Assembly: GCA_009692265.1 (NCBI GenBank)
Contig: SHZM01000001.1
Coordinates: 19,363-83,362, forward strand
Direction: 5' to 3'
Origin: Gammaproteobacteria bacterium
GTDB taxonomy: Bacteria > Pseudomonadota > Gammaproteobacteria > Ga0077536
DNA length: 64,000 nucleotides
Part shown: one piece after another, positions 37,163-51,723 of the stretch
Numbering within the stretch: position 1 is the first letter of the stretch
Layout of the letters: each line of letters begins with the position of its first letter
Notes under the pieces: generated by a model
What the model was told of the DNA's origin: nothing
Seen by the model: the letters and a program-made list of their open reading frames with translations, nothing else
Database searches by the model: none
Program-made: the position numbers and the translations under genes

Positions 37163-38833
37163 TTACTTGGCGTCGAGCTGCGCCTTTAGCAGCTCGCCAA
37201 GTTTAATGGTCGCGGTCTCGTTTTCCGCACTGTACTCTTGCAGCATCGTTTGTTCATCTTCGCTTTCCTTCGCTTTGATGGACAAGTTGATCACTCGGCG
37301 CTTGCGGTCGACGCCGATGATCATCGCTTCGATCGGCTCGTTTTCACGCAAAAGCTTGCGGGCATCATCGACCTGATCGTGCGAGATTTCACTGGCGCGG
37401 ATCACACCCTCTATGCCGTCGCCCAGATTCACGGTCGCCGATTTCGCATCAACGCTGATAATTGTGCCGTTGACGATCGTACCCTTGCCGCTGTCGGCGA
37501 GGTAGGACGAGAAGGGATCCTGCGCAAGCTGCTTGATCCCCAGGGAAATGCGTTCGCGTTCGGCATCCACGGCCAACACGACGGTATCGATCTCATCGCC
37601 CTTCTTGAAGTTACGCACTGCTTCTTCGCCAGGGATGTCCCACGAGAGGTCTGAAAGATGGACTAAACCATCGATTCCGCCGTCCAACCCTATGAAAATC
37701 CCGAAATCGGTAATCGATTTGATCACGCCGCTGACGCGATCGTTCTTGTTATGAGTAGCTGCGAACTCTTCCCAGGGATTGACGCGGCATTGCTTCATGC
37801 CGAGCGAGATACGACGACGCTCCTCGTCGATATCCAGCACCATAATTTCGACTTCTTGACCCAGGTGCACCACTTTCGAGGGGTGCACATTCTTATTCGT
37901 CCAGTCCATTTCGGAGACGTGGACGAGGCCTTCAACCCCTACTTCGATTTCCACGAAGCAGCCATAGTCAGCAATATTCGTAACGGTGCCGAACAGACGT
38001 GTGTGCTCCGGATAGCGTCGGGAAATGTCGACCCACGGATCCTCGCCTAACTGTTTCAGGCCGAGCGACACGCGAGTACGTTCGCGGTCGAACTTGAGTA
38101 CCTTGACAGTGATTTCTTCGCCGATGTTGACGACTTCCGAGGGATGCTTGACTCGCTTCCAGGCCATGTCGGTGATGTGCAGCAAACCGTCGATGCCGCC
38201 CAAATCGATGAACGCACCGTAGTCAGTAAGGTTCTTGACCAAGCCCTTAGTGACGGCACCTTCCTTAAGACTTTCGAACAACGCTTCGCGTTCCGCCGAA
38301 TTCTCGCTTTCGACTACCGCGCGGCGTGAGACCACCACGTTATTACGTTTGCGGTCGACTTTGACGACCTTGAAATCGAGGGGCTTGCCTTCGAGATAAC
38401 TGGTATCGCGCACTGGCCGCACATCGACCAATGAACCGGGAAGGAAGGCTCGTATGGTGGCGATGTCGACCGTGAAGCCACCTTTGACTTTATCGCTGAT
38501 AATGCCGGTGACAGTTTGGCCGGCTTCGCAAGCCTTTTCTAATTCATCCCAGGCTTTAGCACGCTTGGCTTTATCCCGCGAGAGGCGGGTCTCACCGAAA
38601 CCGTCTTCGACGGAATCGAGCGCGACGTCGACTAGATCGCCGACCGCAACTTCTATCTCACCTTTGGCATTTTTGAACTGCGCCGCGTCGATGACCCCTT
38701 CGGATTTTAGCCCCGCGCTGACGACCACGCGCTCAGAGGTTACTTCGACGACCGTGGCTTTGATAATCGTGCCCGGTCGCATTTTGATCTCGACCTGGCT
38801 GCTTTCGAATAATTCGGCAAAACTTTCCGTCAT
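37163..38833 (-). CDS. rpsA: 30S ribosomal protein S1
   Basis: Six S1 domains. The N-terminus [10 protein letters not shown] matches E. coli S1 when started at the ATG at 38833; the track ORF begins at a GTG two codons upstream. Confidence 0.95.
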   Translation of the reverse strand: MTESFAELFESSQVEIKMRPGTIIKATVVEVTSERVVVSAGLKSEGVIDAAQFKNAKGEIEVAVGDLVDVALDSVEDGFGETRLSRDKAKRAKAWDELEKACEAGQTVTGIISDKVKGGFTVDIATIRAFLPGSLVDVRPVRDTSYLEGKPLDFKVVKVDRKRNNVVVSRRAVVESENSAEREALFESLKEGAVTKGLVKNLTDYGAFIDLGGIDGLLHITDMAWKRVKHPSEVVNIGEEITVKVLKFDRERTRVSLGLKQLGEDPWVDISRRYPEHTRLFGTVTNIADYGCFVEIEVGVEGLVHVSEMDWTNKNVHPSKVVHLGQEVEIMVLDIDEERRRISLGMKQCRVNPWEEFAATHNKNDRVSGVIKSITDFGIFIGLDGGIDGLVHLSDLSWDIPGEEAVRNFKKGDEIDTVVLAVDAERERISLGIKQLAQDPFSSYLADSGKGTIVNGTIISVDAKSATVNLGDGIEGVIRASEISHDQVDDARKLLRENEPIEAMIIGVDRKRRVINLSIKAKESEDEQTMLQEYSAENETATIKLGELLKAQLDAK

Positions 38834-38952
38834 AGTCACTATAGTTATCTCGTCTGAAGCAGAGTTCTTGCTGATTAGGCGCCGCGAGCGACGTGGGCAG
38901 ATCAGCGACCCTGGCTCAGGGTTAAAGGGTTAAAATTAAGACCCCCGGTCCA

Positions 38953-39642
38953 TTACACAAGACCGCGCGAGTACGCCAGGCGCATCACGCGGTCTTCAAC
39001 TTCGGCAATCCCGAGCAGGTTGGTGTCGAGGATTTCGGCGTCGAGTGCGGGCTGTAACGGCGCGATTGCGCGCTTCGAGTCGCGCTCATCGCGTTCACGG
39101 ATGTCCTCCAGGAGCCGCGCGAGGTTAACATCGAACCCTTTGCCCTTCAACTGCTTATATCGTCTCTCGGCGCGAATTTCGGGGCTCGCGGTTAGAAATA
39201 TCTTGAGCTGCGCGTCGGGGAAAACCACGGTACCCATGTCCCGCCCGTCGGCCACGAGCCCGGGCGCGCGTCGTAGCTCGCGCTGGCGTTGCAGCAGCGC
39301 GCCGCGCACTTCGGGACAGGCCGCGACCCACGAAGCGAGTGCGCCGGTCGACTCCAAACGCACCTCGCTAGTGACACACTCGCCCGCCAGGTAAATTTCT
39401 GGTGCTTCCCGCCCAGGTCGAAATTCAAGCGGCAGTTGGGCGGCAAGACGCGCAAGGCTCGGGGCGTCGTCCAAAGCCACCGCCTGACGATCAGCCAACA
39501 TGCCAACCAGACGGTAAAGCACGCCGCTGTCTAAAAAATGCCATCCCAGGCGGGCGGCGAGTTTGAGACTTAGGGTGCCCTTGCCTGTGCCACTCGGTCC
39601 GTCCACGGCGATGACCGGTGGTTGCGTGTACGGAATGGTCAC
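38953..39642 (-). CDS. cmk: Cytidylate kinase
   Basis: IAVDGPSGTGKGT... P-loop. Aligns with E. coli Cmk. GTG start. Confidence 0.92.
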   Translation of the reverse strand: MTIPYTQPPVIAVDGPSGTGKGTLSLKLAARLGWHFLDSGVLYRLVGMLADRQAVALDDAPSLARLAAQLPLEFRPGREAPEIYLAGECVTSEVRLESTGALASWVAACPEVRGALLQRQRELRRAPGLVADGRDMGTVVFPDAQLKIFLTASPEIRAERRYKQLKGKGFDVNLARLLEDIRERDERDSKRAIAPLQPALDAEILDTNLLGIAEVEDRVMRLAYSRGLV

Positions 39643-39645
39643 AGA

Positions 39646-40956
39646 TCAGGCGGGATGAATTCGCATGCCGGCAGCCCGCGCGAGGTCGACAAAGGTCGGA
39701 AAACTCGTCGCGATCGTGGCCCAGCCGTGAATCGTCAGCGGCTGAGTGGCCCGCAAACTCGCGATCGCGAAAGACATGGCAATACGATGATCACCATGGG
39801 CTTCGATGGTGGCGCCGCCGAGTGGCCCGCCGATGATTTCCATACCGTCTGGTAGTGTCGTGACCTGCGCCCCCATTGCGCGAAGGCCCGTGGCCATGGT
39901 CTCGATGCGATCGCTTTCTTTATGGCGCAGCTCTTCGGCGCCGGTCACTCGCGTAAGTCCTTTCGCACAGGCCGCGGCCACGAACAACACCGGGAATTCG
40001 TCGATCGCCAGCGGCACCAACGTCCGCGGAACCTCGATCCCATGCAAGGCGGACGCGCGGACGTGTAAGTCAGCGACCGGTTCACCGCCGATTTCACGGG
40101 TGTTTCGAACGCGGATATCTGCCCCCATCAACCGCAGAATATCGAGCACACCGGTGCGCGTTGGATTGATCCCGACTGCCTCCATTACCACTTCCGTGGC
40201 GGCGGCCAGCGCCGCACCGACCAAGAAAAACGCCGCTGAAGAAATATCCGCCGGAACAACGATGGGCGCCGCGGTTAAACGTTGGCCCCCATCGACACTG
40301 ATTTGATTACCGACTCGCTCAACCCGCACGCCGAAGCCGGTCAACATCCGCTCGGTGTGGTCCCGCGTTGGCGCAGGCTCGGTCACCTTGGTGGTCCCGG
40401 TGGCAAACAATCCAGCGAGCAGGATCGCTGACTTCACCTGGGCACTGGCCACTGGCAGCGCGTAGTCAATTGCGTGCAACGCCGCGCCGGCGGCGAGCTT
40501 GATCGGCGGATTCCCGTTAGCTTGCGTGGTAATCCGGGCACCCATTTGTTCTAGCGGATCGGTGACCCGCCGCATCGGTCGCCGCCGCAACGAATCGTCT
40601 CCAGTGAGTATTGCCTTAAGGCCCGCGCCCGCGACAATCCCTGACAACAAACGCATGGAGGTTCCCGAATTGCCGCAATCGAGCACAGTACTCGGCGTAA
40701 TCAGGCCGTCGCGACCACGGCCTTGTATCCGCAACAAGCGCCCTTGATCTAATTCCTCGATCGCGACCCCCATCGCCCGAAATGCAGCAATCGTCGCGCG
40801 CACGTCTTCGCCCATGAGGCAATCGCGAACCTCGGTAACACCATCGGCCAAGGCACCGAACATCACTGCGCGATGTGAGATCGATTTATCACCCGGAACC
40901 CGCAATCGTCCGCACAACGTGCCACCGGGTTCAAGGCGCAAGGTGTCGGGGATCAT
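39646..40956 (-). CDS. aroA: 3-phosphoshikimate 1-carboxyvinyltransferase
   Basis: 436 aa EPSP synthase (LPGDKSISHR...). Confidence 0.93.
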   Translation of the reverse strand: MIPDTLRLEPGGTLCGRLRVPGDKSISHRAVMFGALADGVTEVRDCLMGEDVRATIAAFRAMGVAIEELDQGRLLRIQGRGRDGLITPSTVLDCGNSGTSMRLLSGIVAGAGLKAILTGDDSLRRRPMRRVTDPLEQMGARITTQANGNPPIKLAAGAALHAIDYALPVASAQVKSAILLAGLFATGTTKVTEPAPTRDHTERMLTGFGVRVERVGNQISVDGGQRLTAAPIVVPADISSAAFFLVGAALAAATEVVMEAVGINPTRTGVLDILRLMGADIRVRNTREIGGEPVADLHVRASALHGIEVPRTLVPLAIDEFPVLFVAAACAKGLTRVTGAEELRHKESDRIETMATGLRAMGAQVTTLPDGMEIIGGPLGGATIEAHGDHRIAMSFAIASLRATQPLTIHGWATIATSFPTFVDLARAAGMRIHPA

Positions 40957-41840
40957 GTCAGACCTCGGCGGGTGAGATAGGCGTCGCGGGCTTTCTTCGC
41001 GCGGGTGAATGTGGCGTGCAGGACCGCGCCGTCTTCCCGATCGATGGCACTTTTAAGCGCCCCCAAGGTCGCTTCAAACCGGGTACACACCGCCATTAAT
41101 GCCGTACGATTCGCCATCGCAATATCCCTCCACATGTCCGGGTTACTGGAGGCGATTCGGGTGAAATCGCGAAAGCCCCCGGCCGCGTAATCGAAGATCT
41201 CGCCAGTACTGCGTCCGTCGCCGGAACCGGCGCTGGCCAGGCAGTCGACGAGCGCAAACGCAAGCAAGTGCGGTAAATGACTAGTTGCGGCAAGCACCAG
41301 GTCATGGTGATCGACCTCCATCAAGGTCACCTCGGCACCAGTGGCCTCCCACATCCGTCGCACCTTGCCCACCGCGAAAGAGGCCGTCTCGGACACTGGT
41401 GTCAAAATCACGCGGTGACGTTCGAATAAGGTTTCAGTGGAGGCCTCGACCCCGCTTTTCTCGCCACCCGCGATCGGATGACCCGGCACAAAGCGCGACA
41501 GCGCCGGCCCGAGATGCGCGCGCGCGGCTTCCACCACGCTGCGTTTCGTACTGCCGACATCCGTGATTAGCGCCTGCGGCGCTAATCCCGGCGCGATCCG
41601 TCGACACACTTCGCTGGTCGCGCCCAAGGTCGTCGCGAGGACTACGAGATCGGCATCGTGAACGGCCTCCGCTGGATTGGTGCTATAGCGATCGATAACG
41701 CCAAGCGCGATCCCACGTTGCAAATTATGTTCATCGCGCCCGCAGCCGACGACTTCGCCGACCAAGCCCTTCGCCCGCAATGCGCGCGCCAGCGAGCCGC
41801 CGATCAGTCCTAGGCCGATGATGGCGATCCGCTCGAACAT
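40953..41840 (-). CDS. tyrA: Prephenate/arogenate dehydrogenase
   Basis: IAIIGLGLIGGSLA NAD-binding site and a TyrA core. 4-nt overlap with aroA. Confidence 0.88.
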   Translation of the reverse strand: MFERIAIIGLGLIGGSLARALRAKGLVGEVVGCGRDEHNLQRGIALGVIDRYSTNPAEAVHDADLVVLATTLGATSEVCRRIAPGLAPQALITDVGSTKRSVVEAARAHLGPALSRFVPGHPIAGGEKSGVEASTETLFERHRVILTPVSETASFAVGKVRRMWEATGAEVTLMEVDHHDLVLAATSHLPHLLAFALVDCLASAGSGDGRSTGEIFDYAAGGFRDFTRIASSNPDMWRDIAMANRTALMAVCTRFEATLGALKSAIDREDGAVLHATFTRAKKARDAYLTRRGLT

Positions 41841-41841
41841 C

Positions 41842-42924
41842 TCAAATTATCGCGCGAGGATAGGAGCCGAGGACTCGGCACATCGACGTCGACTGCGCTA
41901 GACGTTGTAAGGCGGCCGCGACGACGGGTTCGTCGCGGTGCCCGACGATATCGGCAAAAAAAATGTATTCCCAGGTACCTTGGCGCAACGGCCGTGACTG
42001 GATCCGGGTCATGCTGATGCTGGCCGAGGAAAATGCTTGCAAGGCGTCGCAGAGTGCGCCGGATCGGTTCGCGGTACAGAAAGCGAGTGACGTAAGATCG
42101 TCGCCGGAAGGTGGGACTGGATTACTACCGATCACGAGAAACCGCGTGGTGTTATCCGCCTGATCTTCGATATTCGCCGCGAGAATCGGCAGTTCATATA
42201 ACGCCGCGGCGGCGTTTCCGGCGATCGCCGCCGCGGCTGTCTCCGAACTCACTCGACGGGCGGCTTCGGCATTACTGCTAAGGGCGATTTGCTCCGCTTG
42301 CGGGCAATTAAGCGAAAGCCAGCGGCGACATTGCGCCAACGCCTGACCGTGCGCATAGATTCGGCTGAGCGCGCGTGAGTCAGTCGCGCGAGTCAGCAGC
42401 TGATGGTGTATTGGTAAGACAACTTCGCCGCAGACCTGCAGCCTCGAGGCGAATAACAGGTCGTGTGACTGGTTGATCGGACCTTCGAGCGAATTCTCGA
42501 TCGGAGTGACCCCGAAGGAGGCTGTGCCTTCTTCGACTTGGCGAACGATATCTTCAATGGTCGGGAGCGGCAGAAAACTCGCCGAATTGCCGAAATGCTT
42601 TTGCGCGGCGGCATGCGTGTAAGTTCCGGCCGGACCTAAATACGCTACTGTCAGGGGCTGCTCCAGTGCTAAACACGCCGACATCACCTCGCGGATAATC
42701 CGCACTGCGTCGGCGCTCGCAAGCGGACCAGGATTGCTGTCGCGGATACGTCGCAACACTTCAGCTTCTCGCTCCGGTCGATAGAAATTCGTGTCCGTCC
42801 CACCGCCGCGCTTGATCCGGCCGACTTCGATCGCGCAGCGACCTCGTTCATTGATGAGCCGCAGGACCTCGCGATCGATTGCATCAATCTGTGCACGCAC
42901 CGCCTTGAGCGCTTCTTCTGTCAT
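41842..42924 (-). CDS. pheA: Bifunctional chorismate mutase / prephenate dehydratase
   Basis: N-terminal CM domain (LKAVRAQIDAIDREVLRLINERGR), a PDT domain, and a C-terminal ACT domain. Confidence 0.92.
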   Translation of the reverse strand: MTEEALKAVRAQIDAIDREVLRLINERGRCAIEVGRIKRGGGTDTNFYRPEREAEVLRRIRDSNPGPLASADAVRIIREVMSACLALEQPLTVAYLGPAGTYTHAAAQKHFGNSASFLPLPTIEDIVRQVEEGTASFGVTPIENSLEGPINQSHDLLFASRLQVCGEVVLPIHHQLLTRATDSRALSRIYAHGQALAQCRRWLSLNCPQAEQIALSSNAEAARRVSSETAAAAIAGNAAAALYELPILAANIEDQADNTTRFLVIGSNPVPPSGDDLTSLAFCTANRSGALCDALQAFSSASISMTRIQSRPLRQGTWEYIFFADIVGHRDEPVVAAALQRLAQSTSMCRVLGSYPRAII

Positions 42925-42978
42925 GAAGGTACGTGCCGGCCTCGCTCAGCGCTACCCGCGCGGGACAAGTCCTTTTTC

Positions 42979-45567
42979 TCAGAGTTCGTCCAAAGGTTCA
43001 TCATCGACTACGCCAGCTTGTTCGTTGTCACCATTCTCGCCTCCGAGATCGGCAATTGGCTCCATCCCGACGAGCTTCTCCCCATCGCTAAGGCTGATTA
43101 GGCGCACGCCCTGGGTGTTGCGACCGACGACTGAAATCCCCTCGACCGGCGTGCGTACCAAGGTTCCGCCATCGGTAATCAACATGATTTCATCATCGGG
43201 GGAGACCGTGGTCGCGCCGATCACCTTGCCGTTTCGGGCGCTCGTTTGAATCGCAATCACGCCTTGCCCACCACGGGAGTGGGTCGGAAACTCATCGACC
43301 CGGGTTCGTTTACCGTAGCCAAATTCCGTCGCAAATAGGAGCGCACGCTCGGGATCGATCGAAATCAACGCGATAACTTCTTGTCCGGATCCCAAACGAA
43401 TACCGCGAACGCCGTGCGCATTACGGCCCATCGGGCGCGCTTCGCACTCGTTGAACCGGGTCGCCTTGCCGCCCGAACCAACCAGCATGACATCCTGTGT
43501 CCCATCGGTAAGCACCACACCGACCAAGCTGTCGTCATCGGCTAGATCAACCGCGATGATTCCGCTGGTTCGCGGTCGGGAATACTCGGCCAACGAGGTC
43601 TTCTTGACGGTGCCGCGGCGAGTCGCCATCAACACGAAGAGTTCTGGATCGAACTCCTTGATCGGCAGCACCGCGGAAATGCGTTCGCCTTCGCTCAAGG
43701 GAAGAAGATTGATCAACGGACGACCACGCGCGGTACGGCTTGCCTGCGGCAGCTCGTACACTTTTTTCCAGTAGACTTTCCCGTGGGTCGAAAAACACAG
43801 CAAGGTGTCATGTGTATTCGCGATAAATAACTTGTCAACAAAATCTTCGTCGCGGGTGGTGGTCGCGGTTTTGCCCTTCCCTCCGCGGCGTTGCGAGCGG
43901 TAGGTCGCGATGGGTTGCGATTTCGCATAGCCCAGATGCGACAAGGTCACCACCACGTCTTCGCGGCTGATTAGATCTTCAAACGACAAGTCTTCATGGG
44001 TCATCTCGATCCGCGTACGGCGCTCGTCACCGAAGTTGTCGCGAATTTCAATCAACTCGTCACGGACCACTTCGAGCAGTCGTTCGGGACGCAGCAGAAT
44101 ATCGCGGAGATCGTCGATACGGGTCAGGATTTCTCTATATTCCTCGAGTATTTTGTCCTGCTCGAGCCCGGTCAGGCGTTGTAGCCGCATCTCGAGAATT
44201 TCTTTCGCCTGCCGTTCCGAAAGACGATAGCCGTCGGGGTGAAGACCACAGGCCGCTGGTAAGTCGTCGGGCCGCGAAACTTCGCTGCCCGCACGTTCAA
44301 GCATCACCAGCACGACTCCAGGGCGCCAGGTCCGCTCGGCTAGCGCCACGCGCGCTTCATTCGGTCCGGGTGCGGCTTTGATCAGCGCGATGACCTCATC
44401 GATGTTGGCGAGTGCCACCGCTAAACCTTCCAAGACGTGACCGCGATCCTTGGCTTTGCGTAACGCGAACAAAGTGCGTCGCGTAACGACCTCACGGCGA
44501 TGTTTTAAGAAGCATTCGAGCAGGGTCTTTAGGTCGAGTGTACGTGGCTGGCCGTCGACTAGTGCCACGGTATTGATGCCAAATACCGTTTGCATCTGGG
44601 TATGCTGATACAGGTTATTCAACAATACTTCGGGCACTTCGCCGCGCTTGAGTTCGATCACCATGCGCATGCCGTGTTTATCGGATTCGTCGCGCAGTTC
44701 GCGGATCCCGGTGAGCCGCTTTTCCTTAACCAGCTCGGCAATTTTCTCTAATAAGCGCGCCTTATTGACCTGGTACGGCAATTCGGTCACGACGATCTTC
44801 GGTGTATCCGTTTCAACGTCTTCGATTTCAGCTTTAGCTCGGACGTAGATCCGGCCGCGCCCCGTGCGGTAGGCATCGCGGATCCCAGCCCCGCCATTAA
44901 TTATGCCCGCCGTGGGAAAGTCCGGACCCGGGACGAGCTTGATCAAGTCCTCGATCGACAGACTGGGTGTATCGATTAACGCTACACAGGCATTGATAAT
45001 CTCCACCAAGTTATGCGGCGGAATATTGGTCGCCATGCCGACTGCAATGCCGCTTGAACCATTGACGAGAAGATTCGGAATACGCGCGGGAAGTACGGTT
45101 GGTTCTTGTTCCTTACCGTCGTAATTCGGCACGAAGTCGACCGTTTCCTGGTCGATATCCGACAGCAGTTCGCCTGCAATTTTGTCCAGCCGGCATTCGG
45201 TGTAGCGCATAGCCGCTGGCGCGTCGCCATCGACCGAGCCGAAGTTGCCCTGGCCGTCGATTAAGGTGTAACGCAGAGAGAAATCCTGCGCCATACGGAC
45301 CAACGTGTCGTAAATCGCGTTATCGCCATGGGGGTGAAACTTACCCATCACCTCGCCGACGATACGAGCGCATTTCACATACGGACGATTCCAGACATTG
45401 TTCGATTCGTGCATCGCATACAGCACGCGACGATGGACGGGCTTGAGGCCATCGCGGACATCGGGCAGCGCACGGCCGACGATGACGCTCATCGCGTAGT
45501 CCATGTAGGACTGCCGCATTTCGTCTTCGATGTTAACGGGGAGTAATTGACGCGCGAAATCGACCAT
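42979..45567 (-). CDS. gyrA: DNA gyrase subunit A
   Basis: The N-terminus ...[44 protein letters not shown] is near-identical to E. coli GyrA. 862 aa. Confidence 0.97.
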   Translation of the reverse strand: MVDFARQLLPVNIEDEMRQSYMDYAMSVIVGRALPDVRDGLKPVHRRVLYAMHESNNVWNRPYVKCARIVGEVMGKFHPHGDNAIYDTLVRMAQDFSLRYTLIDGQGNFGSVDGDAPAAMRYTECRLDKIAGELLSDIDQETVDFVPNYDGKEQEPTVLPARIPNLLVNGSSGIAVGMATNIPPHNLVEIINACVALIDTPSLSIEDLIKLVPGPDFPTAGIINGGAGIRDAYRTGRGRIYVRAKAEIEDVETDTPKIVVTELPYQVNKARLLEKIAELVKEKRLTGIRELRDESDKHGMRMVIELKRGEVPEVLLNNLYQHTQMQTVFGINTVALVDGQPRTLDLKTLLECFLKHRREVVTRRTLFALRKAKDRGHVLEGLAVALANIDEVIALIKAAPGPNEARVALAERTWRPGVVLVMLERAGSEVSRPDDLPAACGLHPDGYRLSERQAKEILEMRLQRLTGLEQDKILEEYREILTRIDDLRDILLRPERLLEVVRDELIEIRDNFGDERRTRIEMTHEDLSFEDLISREDVVVTLSHLGYAKSQPIATYRSQRRGGKGKTATTTRDEDFVDKLFIANTHDTLLCFSTHGKVYWKKVYELPQASRTARGRPLINLLPLSEGERISAVLPIKEFDPELFVLMATRRGTVKKTSLAEYSRPRTSGIIAVDLADDDSLVGVVLTDGTQDVMLVGSGGKATRFNECEARPMGRNAHGVRGIRLGSGQEVIALISIDPERALLFATEFGYGKRTRVDEFPTHSRGGQGVIAIQTSARNGKVIGATTVSPDDEIMLITDGGTLVRTPVEGISVVGRNTQGVRLISLSDGEKLVGMEPIADLGGENGDNEQAGVVDDEPLDEL

Positions 45568-45853
45568 AAGGGTGTGCTTCAGGACCCCGGAAAGAGCCCT
45601 TAGTGGAACCTTTTAAGTTCTTAAAATTAAAGGAAAACGAATGTCCGCGGAGGACGTGCGATTGTAGCACGGGGTGGTCTCGTACCTGTACCCTAAACCC
45701 GAGGTTTTTTAAGGGCATCTGTCTAAGTTCGCTGAAGGCGCACTGGCTACGTTAAAACCGAACTCAAAATGCTCATTTACCCTCTGTAAACTGCGCTTCT
45801 TCGCTCGGTTGCGCCTTGCCATCATCGCCTTGACCGAATTTATAGAGATGCCC

Positions 45854-46891
45854 TTACGTCCCTCCAACGAGTCGTGCCAGGCCTTCGCGCGAGGGTCGCT
45901 CGAGAAGCCCGGCCTCGGTCACTAAAACATCAATCAAGGCGGCTGGGGTCACATCGAACACCGGATTCAGCGCGGTCACACCTGCGGCAGCGAAGCGTTT
46001 GCCGCTTACCTGCAAGACCTCATCGCTTGAACGCTCTTCGATGGCAATCTCAGCGCCATTTGCGGTGTTTAGATCGACGGTTGATAACGGGGCTGCGACC
46101 ATGAAGCGCACCCCGAGCGCGCGCGCCGCCAGCGCTAGACCGAATGTGCCAATTTTATTCGCGACATCGCCATTCGCGGCAATTCGATCCGCCCCGACAA
46201 TCACCCAACTAACCTGCTCCGCGCGCATCACGTGAGCCGCACTGCTATCTGTGATGAGACGCACTGGAATGCCGTCTTTGTGCAATTCCCAGGCGGTTAA
46301 ACGCGCCCCCTGCAGCCAGGGTCGCGTTTCAGTCGCGAACACCTCCTGCAAACGCCCTAGATGGTACGCACTGCGGATTACTCCGAGCGCGGTCCCATAG
46401 CCAGCGGTTGCCAGAGCGCCGGCATTGCAGTGAGTCATTACCTTGGCACCAGGCTCGATTAAGGCGGCACCCAACTCGCCCATTCGTTCATTGGCCGCGC
46501 GATCACTTCGATGTAGCGCCGTGGCTCGCGCAAGGATTGCCGCGGTCGGATCTCCAGTAAGCGCCGGGAGGTCACGCGCGACTAAATCCACTGCCCAGGC
46601 CAAGTTAACCGCGGTCGGCCGCGCGGCGCGTAAAGCCGCCAACGCAGGCACGATGTAGGTGCGCCAGTCATCCCGACTATGTGCATAGGCCTCGCGCGCG
46701 GCGAGCGCTACCCCATAGGCCCCCGCAATACCGATTGCAGGCGCGCCCCGAACCACCATCGTTGTGATCGCCTCCACCACCGACCGGTAGTCCTCGCACC
46801 GTAAATAGAGTTCGCATTCGGGCAGGCGTCGCTGGTCTAGGAGAACCAGCGCGTCGTCCCACGCCAACGGAGAGATCATTGAGTCATGCAT
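45854..46891 (-). CDS. mtnA: S-methyl-5-thioribose-1-phosphate isomerase
   Basis: eIF2B-like fold with VVRGAPAIGIAGAYG. An alternative start at 46879 (MISPLA...) is possible. Confidence 0.88.
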   Translation of the reverse strand: MHDSMISPLAWDDALVLLDQRRLPECELYLRCEDYRSVVEAITTMVVRGAPAIGIAGAYGVALAAREAYAHSRDDWRTYIVPALAALRAARPTAVNLAWAVDLVARDLPALTGDPTAAILARATALHRSDRAANERMGELGAALIEPGAKVMTHCNAGALATAGYGTALGVIRSAYHLGRLQEVFATETRPWLQGARLTAWELHKDGIPVRLITDSSAAHVMRAEQVSWVIVGADRIAANGDVANKIGTFGLALAARALGVRFMVAAPLSTVDLNTANGAEIAIEERSSDEVLQVSGKRFAAAGVTALNPVFDVTPAALIDVLVTEAGLLERPSREGLARLVGGT

Positions 46892-48218
46892 GGTGTAAAT
46901 AATGTGGTGCCTGGTCGGTATGGTAACTTAGAGCCCATGCAACACGTTGATCAACTCATTCATGCGCGCTGGGTGATTCCCGTTGAACCCCATGGCGTCG
47001 TTCTCGATCACCACAGTGTCGCAATCACCGAAGGCCGCATCATGGCGCTTCTGCCGACTGAACTGGCGCTCGAATCGATTCAGGCGATAAACACGATTGA
47101 CTGTCGCAGTCACCTACTAATCCCCGGGCTCATCAACTGTCACACTCACGCCGCGATGAGCTTGTTTCGCGGCCTGGCGGACGACCTCCCGTTAATGACT
47201 TGGTTGGAACAGCACATATGGCCGGCCGAGGCGCGCTTCGCTGATCGGCAATTTGTTCGCGAAGGCACCCGACTTGCTGCCTACGAAATGCTGCGCGGGG
47301 GCACGACTTGCTTTAACGACATGTACTTTTTCCCCGACGAAGCCGCAGCAGCCGCGACCGAACTCGGGATCCGGGCTATGATCGGGCTCATAGTGATCGG
47401 CTTTCCAACCGCGTGGGCGCAGGACGCTCGGGAATACTTGCGACTGGGCCAACAGGTACACGACCGCTACCGTGGTCATCCGCTGATCCATACCGCTTTC
47501 GCGCCCCACGCACCGTACACCGTTGATGACTCGACTTTAAGCCAGATCGCGATGCTGGCCGAGGAACTCGACGTACCAATCCACATGCACGTGCATGAAA
47601 CGCGTCAGGAAATCGAAGACTCCATCGCTCGGTATGGGCAACGGCCCTTGGCTCGATTACAAGGCTTAGGCCTGTTGTCACCGCGCCTGTTGGCTGTGCA
47701 TATGACCCAACTGACCTCAGCCGAAATCGAGACCGTAGCGCTAGCTGGAGTCAGCATCGCGCATTGTCCGGAATCAAACCTGAAGCTCGCGAGTGGCCTG
47801 TGCCCGGTCGCTAAGCTGCTGGCCGCCGGTATCAATTGCACCCTCGGTACGGATGGCGCGGCCAGTAACAATGATCTCGATCAACTTGCTGAAATGCGCT
47901 GCGCCGCGCTGTTGGCGAAAGCGGTCGCCGGAGATCCCTGCGCGGTCCCTGCCGCCACGGCGCTACGCATGGCAACCTTGAACGGCGCACGCGCGTTGGG
48001 GCTCGAAACGGAGTTGGGCTCGATCGTCGTCGGCAAACAGGCCGATCTCGTGGCGCTGGATTTCAGCGATCCACGGCTTCACCCGATCTACGATCCGCTC
48101 TCCCAGCTGGTCTATGCCGCGCAGCGCGACGCGGTAAGCGATGTCTGGGTTGCCGGACGCCGGGTAGTTCAACGAGGCGTGGTGCTCGGGATTGATCCCT
48201 CGCAACTCGTCGTCGACG

Positions 48219-50318
<2,100 letters not shown>

Positions 50319-50319
<1 letters not shown>

Positions 50320-50819
50320 TGTCGCGAACACTCGGTGAGACTGAAGCGGAATTTGCGGTAGATAGCAGCGAAGCCTTGCTTGAAGTCAGTTTGGCGCTCG
50401 CGACCCAGGCACGACACAGTCTGGACATCGTCAGCCGGCATCTTGATCCGGCACTCTATGACAACGAGCTCTTCTCGGACGCGTTACGTGCGCTAGTCGT
50501 GAACACTCGGCGTGCGCAAATTCGGCTGCTTATTCTGGATAGCGCACCGGTCGTGTTGCACGGCCATCGCGTGGTGGAACTGGCGCAACGTTTGACGGAT
50601 TTCATTCAGATTCGGGTACCGGCACCACAACACAAGGAATTTAACGAAGCGTGGCTAGTCGCTGATAACACCGGATATGCGCATCGCCGTTTTAGTGACC
50701 GATATGACGCGACCGTGAACTTCGCGGCCAGACGTGTTTCGAACAGTTTGACGAAGCGCTTCGAGGAGCTATGGAACCAAGCCCAACTAGATTCCAACCT
50801 GCGCCGCCAGCACTTGTAA
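50319..50819 (+). CDS. Hypothetical protein (166 aa), translationally coupled to purB (TAATG)
   Basis: The ORF starts on the purB stop. No family recognised by eye. Confidence 0.45.
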
Positions 50820-51667
50820 GGTTCGCGCTGGCGACCTGTTGCATGGTCGTCGCGAGCGCAGCCTTCGCGGCCGAGTTGATGCTCGAAGTGATCGACCTTC
50901 AGCACCGCTTGGTTCGCGACATGATTCCCTTGCTCCAACCGCTTCTTGCGCCTGGCGGAACACTCACTGGAACGTCGAATCAACTAATTGTGCGTTCCAC
51001 CCGCGAAAACTTGGCTGAGATTAAAGACGTCGTCGCGAGCGTCGATACGCGGGTCAAGCAATTGAAGATCACCGTTACTCAGGACTTAAGCGCCGTGCAA
51101 GATTTTGCGCACGACGGGCTATCCGGAGAACTCGCCGCCGGCGATTTTGGGGTAAGCGTCCCTTCTACCGAGCCCGGAAATATCACTCTCGGAATTGACT
51201 GGGAGCAAGGTGGTGCGCGGTATCACACCACGCGCACCCGTAGCCAAGAAGACAGCAATACCGTCCACTTCGTGACGACGATCGAGGGTCAGCCCGCGTA
51301 TATCGCGACTGGGCAGGTGCTTCCGTACTCTTATGAAAATGCGACGGCGACTCCCTATGGCGTACAGGTCGATCGTGGCGTGACGTATGCGCAGGCGTCG
51401 TCGGGCGTCTATGTCACTCCGCAGGTCCAAGGAGATCGCGTAATTCTTGATGTCGCGCCCCAGCTCGAACGCGTGGATCCCCATGGCTCTGGGGCAATCG
51501 GCACGTACGCAACGACAACCACAGTGAGCGGCCGGCTGGGAGAATGGATTGCGTTAAGTGGCGCCACTAGCGGAGCAGGAGGTAGCACCTCGGAACTGCT
51601 GGCACGCACGCGACGCCAAGGCGACAATAGCTACACCGTGTGGGTGAAGGTCGAAGAGCAGCAATAG
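50771..51667 (+). CDS. Secreted protein with a secretin-N (NolW-like) domain
   Basis: Signal peptide ...VRFALATCCMVVASAAFA/AE. The LEVIDLQHRLVRDMIPLLQPLL..GTLTGTSNQLIVRSTRENLAEIKDVV segment resembles secretin/GspD N-domains. Confidence 0.5.
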   Translation: MEPSPTRFQPAPPALVRFALATCCMVVASAAFAAELMLEVIDLQHRLVRDMIPLLQPLLAPGGTLTGTSNQLIVRSTRENLAEIKDVVASVDTRVKQLKITVTQDLSAVQDFAHDGLSGELAAGDFGVSVPSTEPGNITLGIDWEQGGARYHTTRTRSQEDSNTVHFVTTIEGQPAYIATGQVLPYSYENATATPYGVQVDRGVTYAQASSGVYVTPQVQGDRVILDVAPQLERVDPHGSGAIGTYATTTTVSGRLGEWIALSGATSGAGGSTSELLARTRRQGDNSYTVWVKVEEQQ

Positions 51668-51723
51668 CGCAGGTTCGGTATTCTGTGCGGGCAAACAACC
51701 CGATTCAAAACAGCTCAGGAACT

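Noticed and set aside
45533-45718. 61-aa ORF upstream of gyrA
   Set aside because: It lies in the gyrA promoter/leader region on the same strand with no coding features.
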